Shown: positions 18,452-28,069, counted from the first letter of the whole stretch. The stretch is DNA of 60,382 bases, filler included, from 5 parts of 5 records of this genome joined end to end with filler, not necessarily neighbours in it, one strand, 5' to 3'. The notes: generated by a model from the sequence alone, not told the origin. Program-made: numbers and translations.

Positions 18452-18538
18452 TAAATACCGATTAATTTTGTTTTTCTGAGAATTATATACCTAATTTAAG
18501 TTTAATATACAAATTTATAAAAGTATACTTTTTAATTC

Positions 18539-19477
18539 TTAAAATTTCCCTAAATTATCTAAAGATATCGGAATACCTATATCTAAAGCAATATGAGTCC
18601 CCTGTCCATCTTCTATTACATTAATACCTATATACTCCTCTTTAAAGAATTCATCACTAATAGCTCTATGAAAAATCATACTTTTTTTACTTACTACTTT
18701 TGGATTTTCAGCATTTTTTTCAGTATAGATTGTTTCATCAAAATCATTTGCATCACCGATTTCGTAATAATTACTATATTCAATATCAAGGTCACTTTCT
18801 GTTAATATAAAATATATCTCAACTATTTTTTCATTTTCATCATTTTTTATCACTTCTACTATCCAGTCGCATTGTGCCAGCTCTTTATCAAATTTAGATA
18901 TCACTTCATCGTAATCTGAATTAAGCTCTTCTGATATTTGGCTAAACAGATTAGTAGCTATACATGAATCAAAATCATCAAATTCACAGTTCATAAAACC
19001 TTCAAATTTTGGATAAAGTTTTTTGGTTAGTTTAAACAACAACTCTCCTATTTTTTCAATAGGTTCATCCTCAATAATAAAAGTTTCATCATTCATTATT
19101 CCCTGTACATTATCATTCCCTATCCAATATAGCCATTCCTCATCACTTTGAGGGAAAACTTCATCATAAAGTTTGAATAATCTACACGATTCTATCTCTT
19201 TATTATTTTTATCATAAACTATAGTTAAATAACTTTCTACCTCATTTTGTGATTCTAAATATATATTTGCATGCTTAATTCCCGCCACTTCATAAACTCC
19301 TACAGCTTGCACAATATTATCAAAACCTTCGAATATAAATTTACTCTCCAATCCAATATTAGAGAATTCAAGTTCATCAAATTTTATAAATGAATCTATT
19401 TTTAAATTTTGAGGCAGAAAATCATCAATTCCTTCTTGAATCTTTGCTTTCTTTTTAAAAACATTAAATATCTTCAT
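18539..19477 (-). CDS. YjfK/DUF2491 family protein with internal acidic insertion
   Basis: VQAVG..., YDEVFPQSDEEWLYW, SMIFHR, IDIGI-like C-terminus; yjfI-pspA context. Confidence 0.7.
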   Translation of the reverse strand: MKIFNVFKKKAKIQEGIDDFLPQNLKIDSFIKFDELEFSNIGLESKFIFEGFDNIVQAVGVYEVAGIKHANIYLESQNEVESYLTIVYDKNNKEIESCRLFKLYDEVFPQSDEEWLYWIGNDNVQGIMNDETFIIEDEPIEKIGELLFKLTKKLYPKFEGFMNCEFDDFDSCIATNLFSQISEELNSDYDEVISKFDKELAQCDWIVEVIKNDENEKIVEIYFILTESDLDIEYSNYYEIGDANDFDETIYTEKNAENPKVVSKKSMIFHRAISDEFFKEEYIGINVIEDGQGTHIALDIGIPISLDNLGKF

Positions 19478-19487
19478 AACCCCTCCT

Positions 19488-19580
19488 AAATTGTTTTCAA
19501 TTTTAATTATGTTTTAAAATTAAAATGCTTTGAAAATAATGAAAGTAATCCTAAATTGTTTTTCTAAGTTGGAATGCTTT
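19488..19580 (-). promoter_or_regulatory. Repeated hairpin motif, copy B (19494-19536) and truncated copy C (19551-19580)
   Basis: UUUUCAA-AGCA-UUUUAAUU-UUAAAACAU-AAUUAAAA-UUGAAAA-CAAUUUA-GGAGG; copy C is AAAGCAU-UCCAACUU-AGAAAAA-CAAUUUA-GG. Confidence 0.6.
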
Positions 19581-19680
19581 NNNNNNNNNNNNNNNNNNNN
19601 NNNNNNNNNNNNNNNNNNNNNNNNTTAATTAATTAANNNNNNNNNNNNNNNNNNNNNNNNNNNNNNNNNNNNNNNNNNNN
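19581..19680. other. Artificial contig spacer
   Basis: N-TTAATTAATTAA-N. Confidence 0.98.
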
Positions 19681-20523
19681 TGTTGTCCAGGTTGGGTGAA
19701 CTTCTTCGAGCATCACTTCCCAGAAATGAAGGATATTCCTTCAACTGCTCGTTCTCCTCAGCAAATGTTTGGTCCTATTGCTAAAAACTATTTGGCAAAA
19801 GAAATGGGCATTAAGCGTGAAGATATGATCGTTGTTTCTATTATGCCTTGTTTGGCTAAGAAATACGAGTGTCAGCGTGACGAGTTTAAGGTAGACGGTG
19901 ATCCTGATGTGAATTATTCAATCTCGACAAGAGAATTAGCGAACTTGATTAAGCAAGCTAATATGGATTTAACTACTCTTCCTGATGAAGATTTTGATAA
20001 TCCTATGGGTGAGTCAACAGGTGCTGGTGTAATTTTCGGTACAACAGGTGGTGTAATTGAAGCTGCAGCTCGTACTGCTTATGAAGTTTATACAGGTAAA
20101 ACTCTTGAAAAGGTTGATTTTGAGGCTTTACGTGGTATGGAAGGCATTCGTAGTGCAACAGTTGATTTTGATGGTCTTCCAATAAATATTGGTATTGCTC
20201 ATGGTTTGGGTAATGCTCGTAAGCTTCTTGAAGATGTTCGTGATGGTAAATCACAATATCATGCAATCGAGATTATGGCTTGTCCTGGTGGTTGTATTGG
20301 TGGTGGTGGTCAGCCATTGCACCATGGTGATTCTTCAATTTTGAAGAAACGTGCTGCTGCTCTTTATCGCGAAGATGAAGGTAAGGCGATCCGTAAATCT
20401 CACGAGAACCCATACATTATTAAATTGTATGAAGAATTCTTGGGTAAGCCATGTGGCGAATTATCTCATAAATTATTGCATACTCATTATTTCGATAAGA
20501 GTAAGGATATTGAGATTGAATAA
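19681..20523 (+). CDS. [FeFe]-hydrogenase group A catalytic subunit (HndD/HydA-like), 5' truncated
   Basis: Frame is open from the contig start: CCPGW (L1), MPCLAKKYE (L2), EIMACPGGCIGGGGQP (L3), small-subunit tail HKLLHTHY. Confidence 0.95.
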   Translation, partial: CCPGWVNFFEHHFPEMKDIPSTARSPQQMFGPIAKNYLAKEMGIKREDMIVVSIMPCLAKKYECQRDEFKVDGDPDVNYSISTRELANLIKQANMDLTTLPDEDFDNPMGESTGAGVIFGTTGGVIEAAARTAYEVYTGKTLEKVDFEALRGMEGIRSATVDFDGLPINIGIAHGLGNARKLLEDVRDGKSQYHAIEIMACPGGCIGGGGQPLHHGDSSILKKRAAALYREDEGKAIRKSHENPYIIKLYEEFLGKPCGELSHKLLHTHYFDKSKDIEIE

Positions 20524-20578
20524 ATTATTTTGAACCATTAGGATTAACAAAATCCAATTAATATAAGGAGTTTATATT

Positions 20579-21058
20579 ATGGCAAAAATTAAATTAGCAA
20601 AATCCAAAGTGGATACGCTTGTGGAGATTTGCAAATCATTTAATAATGAAGGAAGCGAATTGATCAATGTGCTTCACAAGGCTCAGGAAACTTTTGGTTA
20701 CCTGCCTGCAGAAGTACAGGAAATCATTGCTAGAGAACTGAATGTTTCAGTTGCTCACGTTTATGGTGTGGTAACATTCTATTCATTCTTCTCGATGGTA
20801 CCTAAAGGAGAATTCCCAATCTCAATTTGCATGGGAACTGCTTGTTATGTAAGAGGTGCAGAGAAAGTATTAGAAGAATTCAAACGTCAGTTAGATGTTC
20901 CTGTTGGCGAAACTACTGAGGATGGAAAATTCTCTATTAGCTGCCTGCGCTGTGTAGGAGCTTGTGGTTTGGCACCAGTGGTAACAATTGGTGAGCGCGT
21001 TTTTGGACGTGTAGCTGCCGGTGATGTTGCTGATATTATTAAAGAGTATCAATCGTAA
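20579..21058 (+). CDS. NuoE/HndA-like 2Fe-2S subunit of multimeric hydrogenase
   Basis: VVTFYSFF, CMGTACYVRG, CVGACGLAP. Confidence 0.93.
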   Translation: MAKIKLAKSKVDTLVEICKSFNNEGSELINVLHKAQETFGYLPAEVQEIIARELNVSVAHVYGVVTFYSFFSMVPKGEFPISICMGTACYVRGAEKVLEEFKRQLDVPVGETTEDGKFSISCLRCVGACGLAPVVTIGERVFGRVAAGDVADIIKEYQS

Positions 21059-21080
21059 TTAATTGATTTGATATAAAAGT

Positions 21081-21112
21081 AAAACCTCCGGCAATTATGT
21101 CGGAGGTTTTTT
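21081..21112. terminator. Bidirectional intrinsic terminator
   Basis: AAAACCTCCGGCA-atta-TGTCGGAGGTTTTTT between convergent genes. Confidence 0.8.
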
Positions 21113-21113
21113 A

Positions 21114-21833
21114 TTAATCCCAAATTAATTCCAACTCTTTTAAAGCTGAGAAAAAAGGTTGGCGATATGTTTCTCCTATTGGAATTCTTTCTTTACCAAT
21201 TACAATTCTGTTTCGGTCGATACAATCGATGTGATTTAAGGAAACAATGAATGAACGGTGAATTCTGATAAACCTATCAGAAGGTAAATTGTCACATAGG
21301 TTTTTCATTGTTTGAAGTGTAATGATACGTTTGTGGATTGTTTGAATCCAGATATAATCTTTCATTCCTTTAAAGAACAAAACATCGTTATATCGCACCT
21401 TTTCAATTACTGAATTGTTCTTAATAAAGAAGAAGTCGTTATTGAAATTTGGTTTTTCTTTCTTATTTGTTGCTGGTAATTTCTGCGTGTAAATTCTATT
21501 GAGAGGTTTAATGAATTTTTCAAAAAGTACTGGCTTCATTAAATAGTCAAATGCGCCCATACAATGATTTTTGAATTCAAAAGATGGAGTGTTTAAACTA
21601 AGGATAATTTCTGTATCAATAGAGTTTAGATTCAGCTTTTCTATGGAGTTATTTTGAACAAATTCCAAATCAGTGAAAATAATATCTACTTTCTTGTTTT
21701 TTAGATAATGCTTTGCTTTATCAATATTGGTAAAACAGGCATCTATTTTAAGGTATGGTAGAAAATCTTCATATTTTTTGAGATTTTCAATATGGGTAAT
21801 GTCGCGATCGAGGATAATGCTTTCAAGAATCAT
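21114..21833 (-). CDS. LytTR-family response regulator with atypical receiver
   Basis: DIIFTD, DYLMKP, MKDYI, FIRIHRSFIV. Confidence 0.9.
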   Translation of the reverse strand: MILESIILDRDITHIENLKKYEDFLPYLKIDACFTNIDKAKHYLKNKKVDIIFTDLEFVQNNSIEKLNLNSIDTEIILSLNTPSFEFKNHCMGAFDYLMKPVLFEKFIKPLNRIYTQKLPATNKKEKPNFNNDFFFIKNNSVIEKVRYNDVLFFKGMKDYIWIQTIHKRIITLQTMKNLCDNLPSDRFIRIHRSFIVSLNHIDCIDRNRIVIGKERIPIGETYRQPFFSALKELELIWD

Positions 21834-21872
21834 AACTACTAATATAGTAGCTTTTCTTGTTTATTGAAGAGG

Positions 21873-21910
21873 TTTAACACTCTTTAACGAGGAGGTTAAA
21901 GAGTGTTAAA
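21873..21910. terminator. Long perfect hairpin between the DUF4907-like and LytTR genes
   Basis: TTTAACACTCTTTAAC-gaggag-GTTAAAGAGTGTTAAA. Confidence 0.55.
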
Positions 21911-21915
21911 GTATT

Positions 21916-22293
21916 TTATTTTTTTTGTAAAATGGGCTGAAGCAATGAATCAACTATTCCCATTTCGATTAATTCTGATTTTGAGATGGAAGGCATTTTA
22001 CCATTCTTAATTTTTTCTAGCATTTTTTCACCAACCTTTTTGGCTGATAATTCAGATTCAAAAGGAGTATTTACCGGTATTGCTGGTATTCTTTCTTGAA
22101 AAATGGTTTTAATATCATTCTGATAAATGATAAATGCCCAACCATTATCAATCTGTTTTGTTTTAAGAGTCCAGTTAATAGGATCTCTTTTTATTGTATT
22201 GGGTTCTTGTTCATCACTTTTAATAAAGTACAGAACCGTCATAATTGCAATTGCTACAATTGATATTATAATCAGTATTTTTTTCATCTTCAT
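21916..22293 (-). CDS. DUF4907-like membrane-anchored protein
   Basis: N-terminal TM; GWAFII, IFQERIPAI, KIKNGKMPSIS. Confidence 0.75.
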   Translation of the reverse strand: MKMKKILIIISIVAIAIMTVLYFIKSDEQEPNTIKRDPINWTLKTKQIDNGWAFIIYQNDIKTIFQERIPAIPVNTPFESELSAKKVGEKMLEKIKNGKMPSISKSELIEMGIVDSLLQPILQKK

Positions 22294-22301
22294 TATAAAG
22301 C

Positions 22302-22333
22302 AAAAAAAAAGGGTTGTAAAAAATACAACCCTT
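22302..22333 (-). terminator. Intrinsic terminator after the Kelch gene
   Basis: AAGGGTTGTA..TACAACCCTT with 9-nt U tail on minus strand. Confidence 0.75.
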
Positions 22334-22346
22334 GATTTATTATCGA

Positions 22347-23402
22347 TTAGTTATCTTCATCATCTTCTTCCATGTTAGGATCAAATTCCCAAACATCGTC
22401 AAGTCTTACTCCAGATGCACTACCTGTAGCCATATAACCTCTGTTGTTTACAGTAAAACCAACAGCATATTCTCTACTAGCAACTTCGTCTTCTAATTCA
22501 GTTTTTTCGTCCCAGTCACCTTTTCCATTTCTTTTAGTTGGGTCAAATTCCCAAACATCTCTTTTAAGGAAACCATTGCTACCACCAGCAACATAACCTT
22601 TTCCATCCATTACAAATGTAACAGCATTGTAACGTAAAATATCACCGTCTTTGTTGATATCATCATCGTCAAGGTCAGTTAATCTTGTCCATTTGCTATC
22701 ACCTTCCAAAGTAGGATCAAAAGAGTATAGGTCGTTAACAGCAACACCATTACTTCTTCCTAAACAAATATATGCTTTGTTATCAATAACAAATGCTGAT
22801 CCACCTCTTAGTTTTTCACCACTAAAACCTAGGTTAGTCCATTCGCCAGTAGTTGAATTTAATTGCCAGAAGTCTTTCAATTCATTTTTATCATCTCCAT
22901 CAAGGAATCCGTAACCGGTTCCTACATATCCCATATCTCCAATACCAAAACCAATAGCTTCTTGTCTTGCACCACCTGGAATGTCTGCAATTTGAGTCCA
23001 TGTTTTAGTTGTAGGATTGTATTCCCAGAAATCAGCAAATCTGGTAACATCTCCATCAAATCCAGTACCAACGTATCCTTTTCCTCCTGCAGCAAAACCT
23101 ACAGCAGATTGTCTTTCAACACCTGGGAAAGAAGGAACAGCATCACTATCACCTGTTGAAGGTGAAGCAGACCAGCTATCAAGTTCTCCATTGTATTTTC
23201 TAAAGTCAATCAATCGGTCATCACCGTCGTAACCAGTCCCAACGTATGCTTCGTTGTCAATAACAAAACAAACAGCATTGCTTCGAACACGACCGTCGTA
23301 ACTTGAGCGCTTGATCCAGTTACCGTCAAGATCGTCACCGCTGCTACAGCTGGTGAAAATTGTTAGGGTTGCAATAATTCCTAGTAATAATCTTTGTCTC
23401 AT
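22347..23402 (-). CDS. Kelch-repeat (beta-propeller) lipoprotein
   Basis: Lipobox FTSC; repeats R..AV.F....GYVGTG...DFWEY. Confidence 0.9.
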   Translation of the reverse strand: MRQRLLLGIIATLTIFTSCSSGDDLDGNWIKRSSYDGRVRSNAVCFVIDNEAYVGTGYDGDDRLIDFRKYNGELDSWSASPSTGDSDAVPSFPGVERQSAVGFAAGGKGYVGTGFDGDVTRFADFWEYNPTTKTWTQIADIPGGARQEAIGFGIGDMGYVGTGYGFLDGDDKNELKDFWQLNSTTGEWTNLGFSGEKLRGGSAFVIDNKAYICLGRSNGVAVNDLYSFDPTLEGDSKWTRLTDLDDDDINKDGDILRYNAVTFVMDGKGYVAGGSNGFLKRDVWEFDPTKRNGKGDWDEKTELEDEVASREYAVGFTVNNRGYMATGSASGVRLDDVWEFDPNMEEDDEDN

Positions 23403-23537
23403 TTGTTATGATTTTTCAAAGTTAAATTTGTTTCCGGGTCGATTACCGTTATGTTGTTTATAATTAATCCGTAATTGTTAGGTATAAAACAGGAATTCTA
23501 TACTCTTGCAAAATACCCGGTGATTTTATCTGATCGA

Positions 23538-23656
23538 CAAATATAAATAAAAAACTAAACTATAGGTTTTCTAAACTTAAAAAACCTAAAATTAATTTAG
23601 AAAATTTAACAAATCGAATTCCCTCTTCGGGTTTGTCGATATTTTAACTACATTTG
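23538..23656. promoter_or_regulatory. Divergent Bacteroidota -7 promoter elements (TAnnTTTG)
   Basis: TATATTTG on minus strand at 23545-23538; TACATTTG on plus strand at 23649-23656 with TTTG at 23632-23635. Confidence 0.6.
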
Positions 23657-23747
23657 TCCGATAATTTTTAATAATTTATCTATAAAAGTTCATTCCTGCC
23701 TTGAATTTGATTTCATTTGTTGAACTTTATTTTAGAATATAGAAAAT

Positions 23748-25097
23748 ATGCAAAGAATAAGTTTCTTTTTACTACTCCTGTCCATCTTTTTTGTTAGCTG
23801 TAACTCCGATGGATTTGTAGAGCATGAGTTGGGTGGTAACCTTATTGACAACTCAACAGATGTTCGTTTGATTGACACATTTACAATAAATGCTTCTACC
23901 GTTATCCTTGATTCCATACCTACATCTGGTTATGGAAATATGATTGTGGGTAGATATATTGACCCTTATTTGGGTGTAGTTTCTGCAAACTCCTATACAA
24001 AAATTGGCTTGGGTGGTTCATTTAAGTTGGAAGCTAATGACGAACCTGTATTTGACTCCTTGATTCTAGTTACTTATTACAACCAGAGTTATTATGGTGA
24101 TACTACAAAGCTGCAGACTGTTAATATCCATAAAGTTCTAGAAGAAATTGAACTGGAAGATGATGGAAACTTATATAATGTGAGTTCTTTTGAAATTGAC
24201 CCCGAGCCTCTTGGTACGAAAACATTTAGACCTAGACCATTTCGGAAGGAAGATGATGGTAGTTGGTATAACTTAAGAATTGAGTTGGATCCTGAATTTG
24301 GAGCAGATTTGATTCAAATGGCAATAGATCGTGATGAGATTCTGAATGGTAGTGCGGAGTGGGAGAACTTTCTTCAAGGAATTGCATTTAGCCCGGCTGA
24401 AGATAACGATGCAGCAATTTTAAATTTTAGAACTGCTGATACTTTAAATATGAGATTGTATTATCACGAGAAAAGTAGTGATAATGCTGGAAAAGTATTG
24501 TATCATGACTTTCCTGTTGGGGCAAGTTCATATATGTTTACTAATTTTAATACCGACAGAACAGGTACATTATTAGAAAATTTGGTGGAGCAAGAGTTTG
24601 ATATTAAATCTGAGGATACGAATGATTTGACTTTTATGCAAGGTGGAGTTGGTATTATGACCAAATTGGAAATTCCACATTTAGATGAATTGGCTAAAAT
24701 TGGATTATCAGGTTCTCTATTGAAAGCGGAATTGGTTTTTTATCCTGCTCAATCAACCTATGATGAAGATATCTTTAGATTACCTTCTACATTTAATGTA
24801 TTTACATCTGATGATGAGAATAATATGCTGACAGCATTAACAAATCCTCTTACAGGTAGTTTATTATCTGCAACTTTTTTTGAGGATGTTGAATATGATG
24901 AAGGATCATTTTTTACTTTTGACATTACCAATTATGTGAATACAATTCTAGATACAGGTATAGATGATGAAGAATCTCTTCTTATTTCTATCCCGAGTTC
25001 AACTTTGAGTACATCTATGGAGAGAATGGTATTGACAAATGACGATAAAACAGATTTTGAATTTAAATTAAAAGCGACATATGTTATTCAGAAGTAA
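23748..25097 (+). CDS. DUF4270-like lipoprotein
   Basis: Lipobox FVSC; DTFTI..TV..DSIPTSG, GRYIDPYLG, YYGDT, QGGVG. Confidence 0.75.
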   Translation: MQRISFFLLLLSIFFVSCNSDGFVEHELGGNLIDNSTDVRLIDTFTINASTVILDSIPTSGYGNMIVGRYIDPYLGVVSANSYTKIGLGGSFKLEANDEPVFDSLILVTYYNQSYYGDTTKLQTVNIHKVLEEIELEDDGNLYNVSSFEIDPEPLGTKTFRPRPFRKEDDGSWYNLRIELDPEFGADLIQMAIDRDEILNGSAEWENFLQGIAFSPAEDNDAAILNFRTADTLNMRLYYHEKSSDNAGKVLYHDFPVGASSYMFTNFNTDRTGTLLENLVEQEFDIKSEDTNDLTFMQGGVGIMTKLEIPHLDELAKIGLSGSLLKAELVFYPAQSTYDEDIFRLPSTFNVFTSDDENNMLTALTNPLTGSLLSATFFEDVEYDEGSFFTFDITNYVNTILDTGIDDEESLLISIPSSTLSTSMERMVLTNDDKTDFEFKLKATYVIQK

Positions 25098-26355
25098 TAA
25101 AAATATCTTTTCTGCTATTATTTTATTCGTTGCTCTTTTGGGAACGGTAAATGGTGTTGCTCAGAACAATACATCCTCGCCTTATTCATACTATGGATTA
25201 GGTGAATTAAGCCAGCCAGTTAATGGAATTTCATCGGCTATGGGTGGAACAGGAATAGCATTTAGGAATTCTAATAGTATTGATATCTATAATCCTGCTG
25301 CTTTAGCAAATTTGGATAGCTTAAAATTCATATTTAATGTAGGTTTAGTTTCAAAAACGACAAACCTGAATCAGAAGGGTAAATCGGATTTAGTACATGA
25401 TAATAATTTTTCACAATTATCTTTTGGTTTTAGAGTATCGCCTAGAGTTGCCACCGCGGTTTCATTGACTCCATATACGAATGTTGGTTATGATATTTCG
25501 ACAAGAGAAAAGGTTACAGGTAGTGATTATGATTATATACAGAGGACACTAACAGGGAGTGGAGGTTTGAACAAATTAACTTTGGCTAACGGAATTTCGA
25601 TATTGGAAAATTTATCATTGGGTGTGAATACCAATTTCTTATTTGGTAACAATACAACTGATGAAATTGTTGTTCTTGAAGGAAGTTCATATGTTTATTC
25701 AAGTCAGCAACAATTAATATCTCAAGGTATATATTTTGACTTTGGACTTCAGTATACTGGAGAATTGAATAGAGAATGGGATGTTACTGTAGGTGCTAAA
25801 TTTCAGCCGGAATTAGGTGTTAGGTCAAAGAGAAAACTTTATGTGACGAATTACCAATCGAGTGTAGGGGATACTATTTATAAAAATACTTTAGATCGTG
25901 GATCGTTTGATGTTCCAATGTCTTATGGTTTTGGTCTTGGCTTTACAAAAAATAAGCAACTATGGATTGGAGCAGATTATCTTCATGAAAGATGGAGTGA
26001 AACTGAAATTTTTAAGGAATCCAATCAGTTAAAAGATAGAAATAGATTTAGTGTTGGAATGAATTATAATGCTAATGATGGATACGCTACAAAATTCCTT
26101 AAAAAATTATCATACCGATTAGGTGCTTTTTATGATACCGGATATATTAAGGTGGAAAACGAAAGAATAAATACCAAAGGAGTGAGTTTTGGTTTGGGTT
26201 TACCTATGGCTAAAGGAAAAGGAATGCTAAATATTTCATTTGAATTCGGACAGATGGGAACTACGGATAATGATAATATTCGTGAAGATTTTGGTCGTGT
26301 AACAATAGAAATGAGCTTATTTGAGCGCTGGTTTATAAAAAGAAAATATCAATAA
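25081..26355 (+). CDS. FadL/TodX-like outer-membrane beta-barrel
   Basis: SSPYSYYGLG, AMGG, NPAAL, G.GGL, C-terminal ERWFIKRKY. Confidence 0.8.
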   Translation: MLFRSNKNIFSAIILFVALLGTVNGVAQNNTSSPYSYYGLGELSQPVNGISSAMGGTGIAFRNSNSIDIYNPAALANLDSLKFIFNVGLVSKTTNLNQKGKSDLVHDNNFSQLSFGFRVSPRVATAVSLTPYTNVGYDISTREKVTGSDYDYIQRTLTGSGGLNKLTLANGISILENLSLGVNTNFLFGNNTTDEIVVLEGSSYVYSSQQQLISQGIYFDFGLQYTGELNREWDVTVGAKFQPELGVRSKRKLYVTNYQSSVGDTIYKNTLDRGSFDVPMSYGFGLGFTKNKQLWIGADYLHERWSETEIFKESNQLKDRNRFSVGMNYNANDGYATKFLKKLSYRLGAFYDTGYIKVENERINTKGVSFGLGLPMAKGKGMLNISFEFGQMGTTDNDNIREDFGRVTIEMSLFERWFIKRKYQ

Positions 26356-26374
26356 CGATATATACAATTCAATA

Positions 26375-26405
26375 AAAACCCTTAACATATGTTGAGGGTT
26401 TTTTT
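26375..26405 (+). terminator. Intrinsic terminator
   Basis: AAAAACCCTTAACA-ta-TGTTGAGGGTTTTTTT. Confidence 0.75.
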
Positions 26406-26559
26406 GTGTTTTGATTTTTAAATAGAAAATTTGGACCTCAAACTCCAATTTGTTCTTATTCCAAAATAATAATGATTAATTTTGTCCTGAAAACAAACAA
26501 AATACATTAAAACAATGGCATTTTTTGAACTATTGTTTTGAACAGATACAGCGTGTAAA

Positions 26560-27993
26560 ATGAAAATGATCTACAAACCTCAAGAGTATCGGATAAAGGA
26601 TGAAAGGATGAAACCTTTTATCGATGAATCTGAAATTTGGGAAATTCTGGAAGCAGCTGATGCCTCAAAAGAAAATGTTCGTCGAATTATTCAAAAATCA
26701 TTGGACAAAAATCGTTTGAGCCTTCAGGAAACGGCTGTTTTATTAAAAACTGAAGATCCTGAACTTATCGAAGAAATAAAAGAAGGGGCACGAACTTTAA
26801 AAGAAAAAGTTTACGGTGATAGAATTGTAATATTTGCTCCTCTATATGTAGGCAATAAATGTGTAAATAATTGTACGTATTGTGGATTTCGAGCTTCAAA
26901 TAAGAAACAAGTAAGAACTACATTGGCTCATTCACAGATTAAATCTGAAGTGAAAGCGCTCGAAGATAATGGTCAGAAGAGGTTAATACTCGTTTATGGA
27001 GAACACCCAATGTACGATGCTGATTTTATTGCGGATTCGGTTCGAACTGTATATGATGTAAAATCAGGTAATGGAGAAATTCGTAGAGTAAATATTAATG
27101 CTGCACCTTTAGATATTGAAGGATATAAAAAAGTTAAAGAGGCAGGTATTGGTACTTATCAAATTTTTCAGGAAACATATCATAGAGAAGCTTACGCCAA
27201 ATATCATATTAGTGGTCAAAAGAAAGATTTTAACTGGCGTTTAACCGGTTTAGATCGAGCTCAGGAGGCTTTAATAGATGATGTAGGAATTGGAGCATTA
27301 TTTGGCTTGTATGATTGGAAATTTGACGTGATGGGATTGGTTCGTCATGTGAATCATTTTGAGGCATGCTATAATGTTGGACCGCACACTATTTCATTTC
27401 CAAGAATAAAAGCAGCATCCGATTCTACAATCGATCCAAAATTCGAGGTTAGTGATGATGAGTTTATTAGATTGGTTGCCATTTTGCGTTTGGCTGTTCC
27501 ATATACGGGAATGATTCTTACTGCCAGAGAGTCGCAGGCAATTAGAGCGGAAGTTATTCGTTTAGGAGTTTCGCAGATTGATGCGGGAACAAATATACAA
27601 CTTGGTGGTTATTCTGAAGATTCAGCAAAGAAACAAAAATTAGAACATGAACAATTCGAAATTGGCGATACCCGATCATTAGGAGAGGTAATTGATGAAT
27701 TGTTAGATAAAAAATATCTACCATCATTCTGTACTGCGTGTTACCGAAAAGGTAGAACTGGAGAACACTTTATGGAGTTTTCTGTACCAGGATTTATAAA
27801 AAGATATTGTGCTCAGAATGCTATCCTGACCTTAGCAGAATACTTGGAAGATTATGGCACTGAGGAAATGAAAGAAAAGGGATATAAGCTAATTGATATA
27901 AAAAAGAAAGAATTACAGGATATCCAAAAGATTGAAGAATTGGAAACTCGTCTTGAATTGGTGAAAAAAGGTGAGCGTGATCTTTACTTTTAA
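26560..27993 (+). CDS. hydG: [FeFe]-hydrogenase radical-SAM maturase HydG
   Basis: FAPLY..N.CVNNCTYCGF, FQETY, GPHTISFPR, PSFCTACYR, GERDLYF. Confidence 0.96.
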   Translation: MKMIYKPQEYRIKDERMKPFIDESEIWEILEAADASKENVRRIIQKSLDKNRLSLQETAVLLKTEDPELIEEIKEGARTLKEKVYGDRIVIFAPLYVGNKCVNNCTYCGFRASNKKQVRTTLAHSQIKSEVKALEDNGQKRLILVYGEHPMYDADFIADSVRTVYDVKSGNGEIRRVNINAAPLDIEGYKKVKEAGIGTYQIFQETYHREAYAKYHISGQKKDFNWRLTGLDRAQEALIDDVGIGALFGLYDWKFDVMGLVRHVNHFEACYNVGPHTISFPRIKAASDSTIDPKFEVSDDEFIRLVAILRLAVPYTGMILTARESQAIRAEVIRLGVSQIDAGTNIQLGGYSEDSAKKQKLEHEQFEIGDTRSLGEVIDELLDKKYLPSFCTACYRKGRTGEHFMEFSVPGFIKRYCAQNAILTLAEYLEDYGTEEMKEKGYKLIDIKKKELQDIQKIEELETRLELVKKGERDLYF

Positions 27994-28035
27994 AAAATAT
28001 TTTAGCTTGTTTTGATTAGGCAATAAGAATAAAAA

Positions 28036-28066
28036 GAAATGTCCGAGCTTATGCTCGGACATTTTC
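28036..28066. terminator. Bidirectional terminator
   Basis: AAATGTCCGAGC-ttat-GCTCGGACATTT. Confidence 0.75.
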
Positions 28067-28069
28067 TAT

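Noticed and set aside
18404-19580. Repeats considered as a CRISPR array or IS ends
   Set aside because: No regular repeat-spacer period, no cas or transposase; copies are direct and RBS-linked.
22381-22559. Direct repeat TCAAATTCCCAAACATC
   Set aside because: Encodes the DVWEFD motif of two Kelch blades; not CRISPR or a mobile element end.
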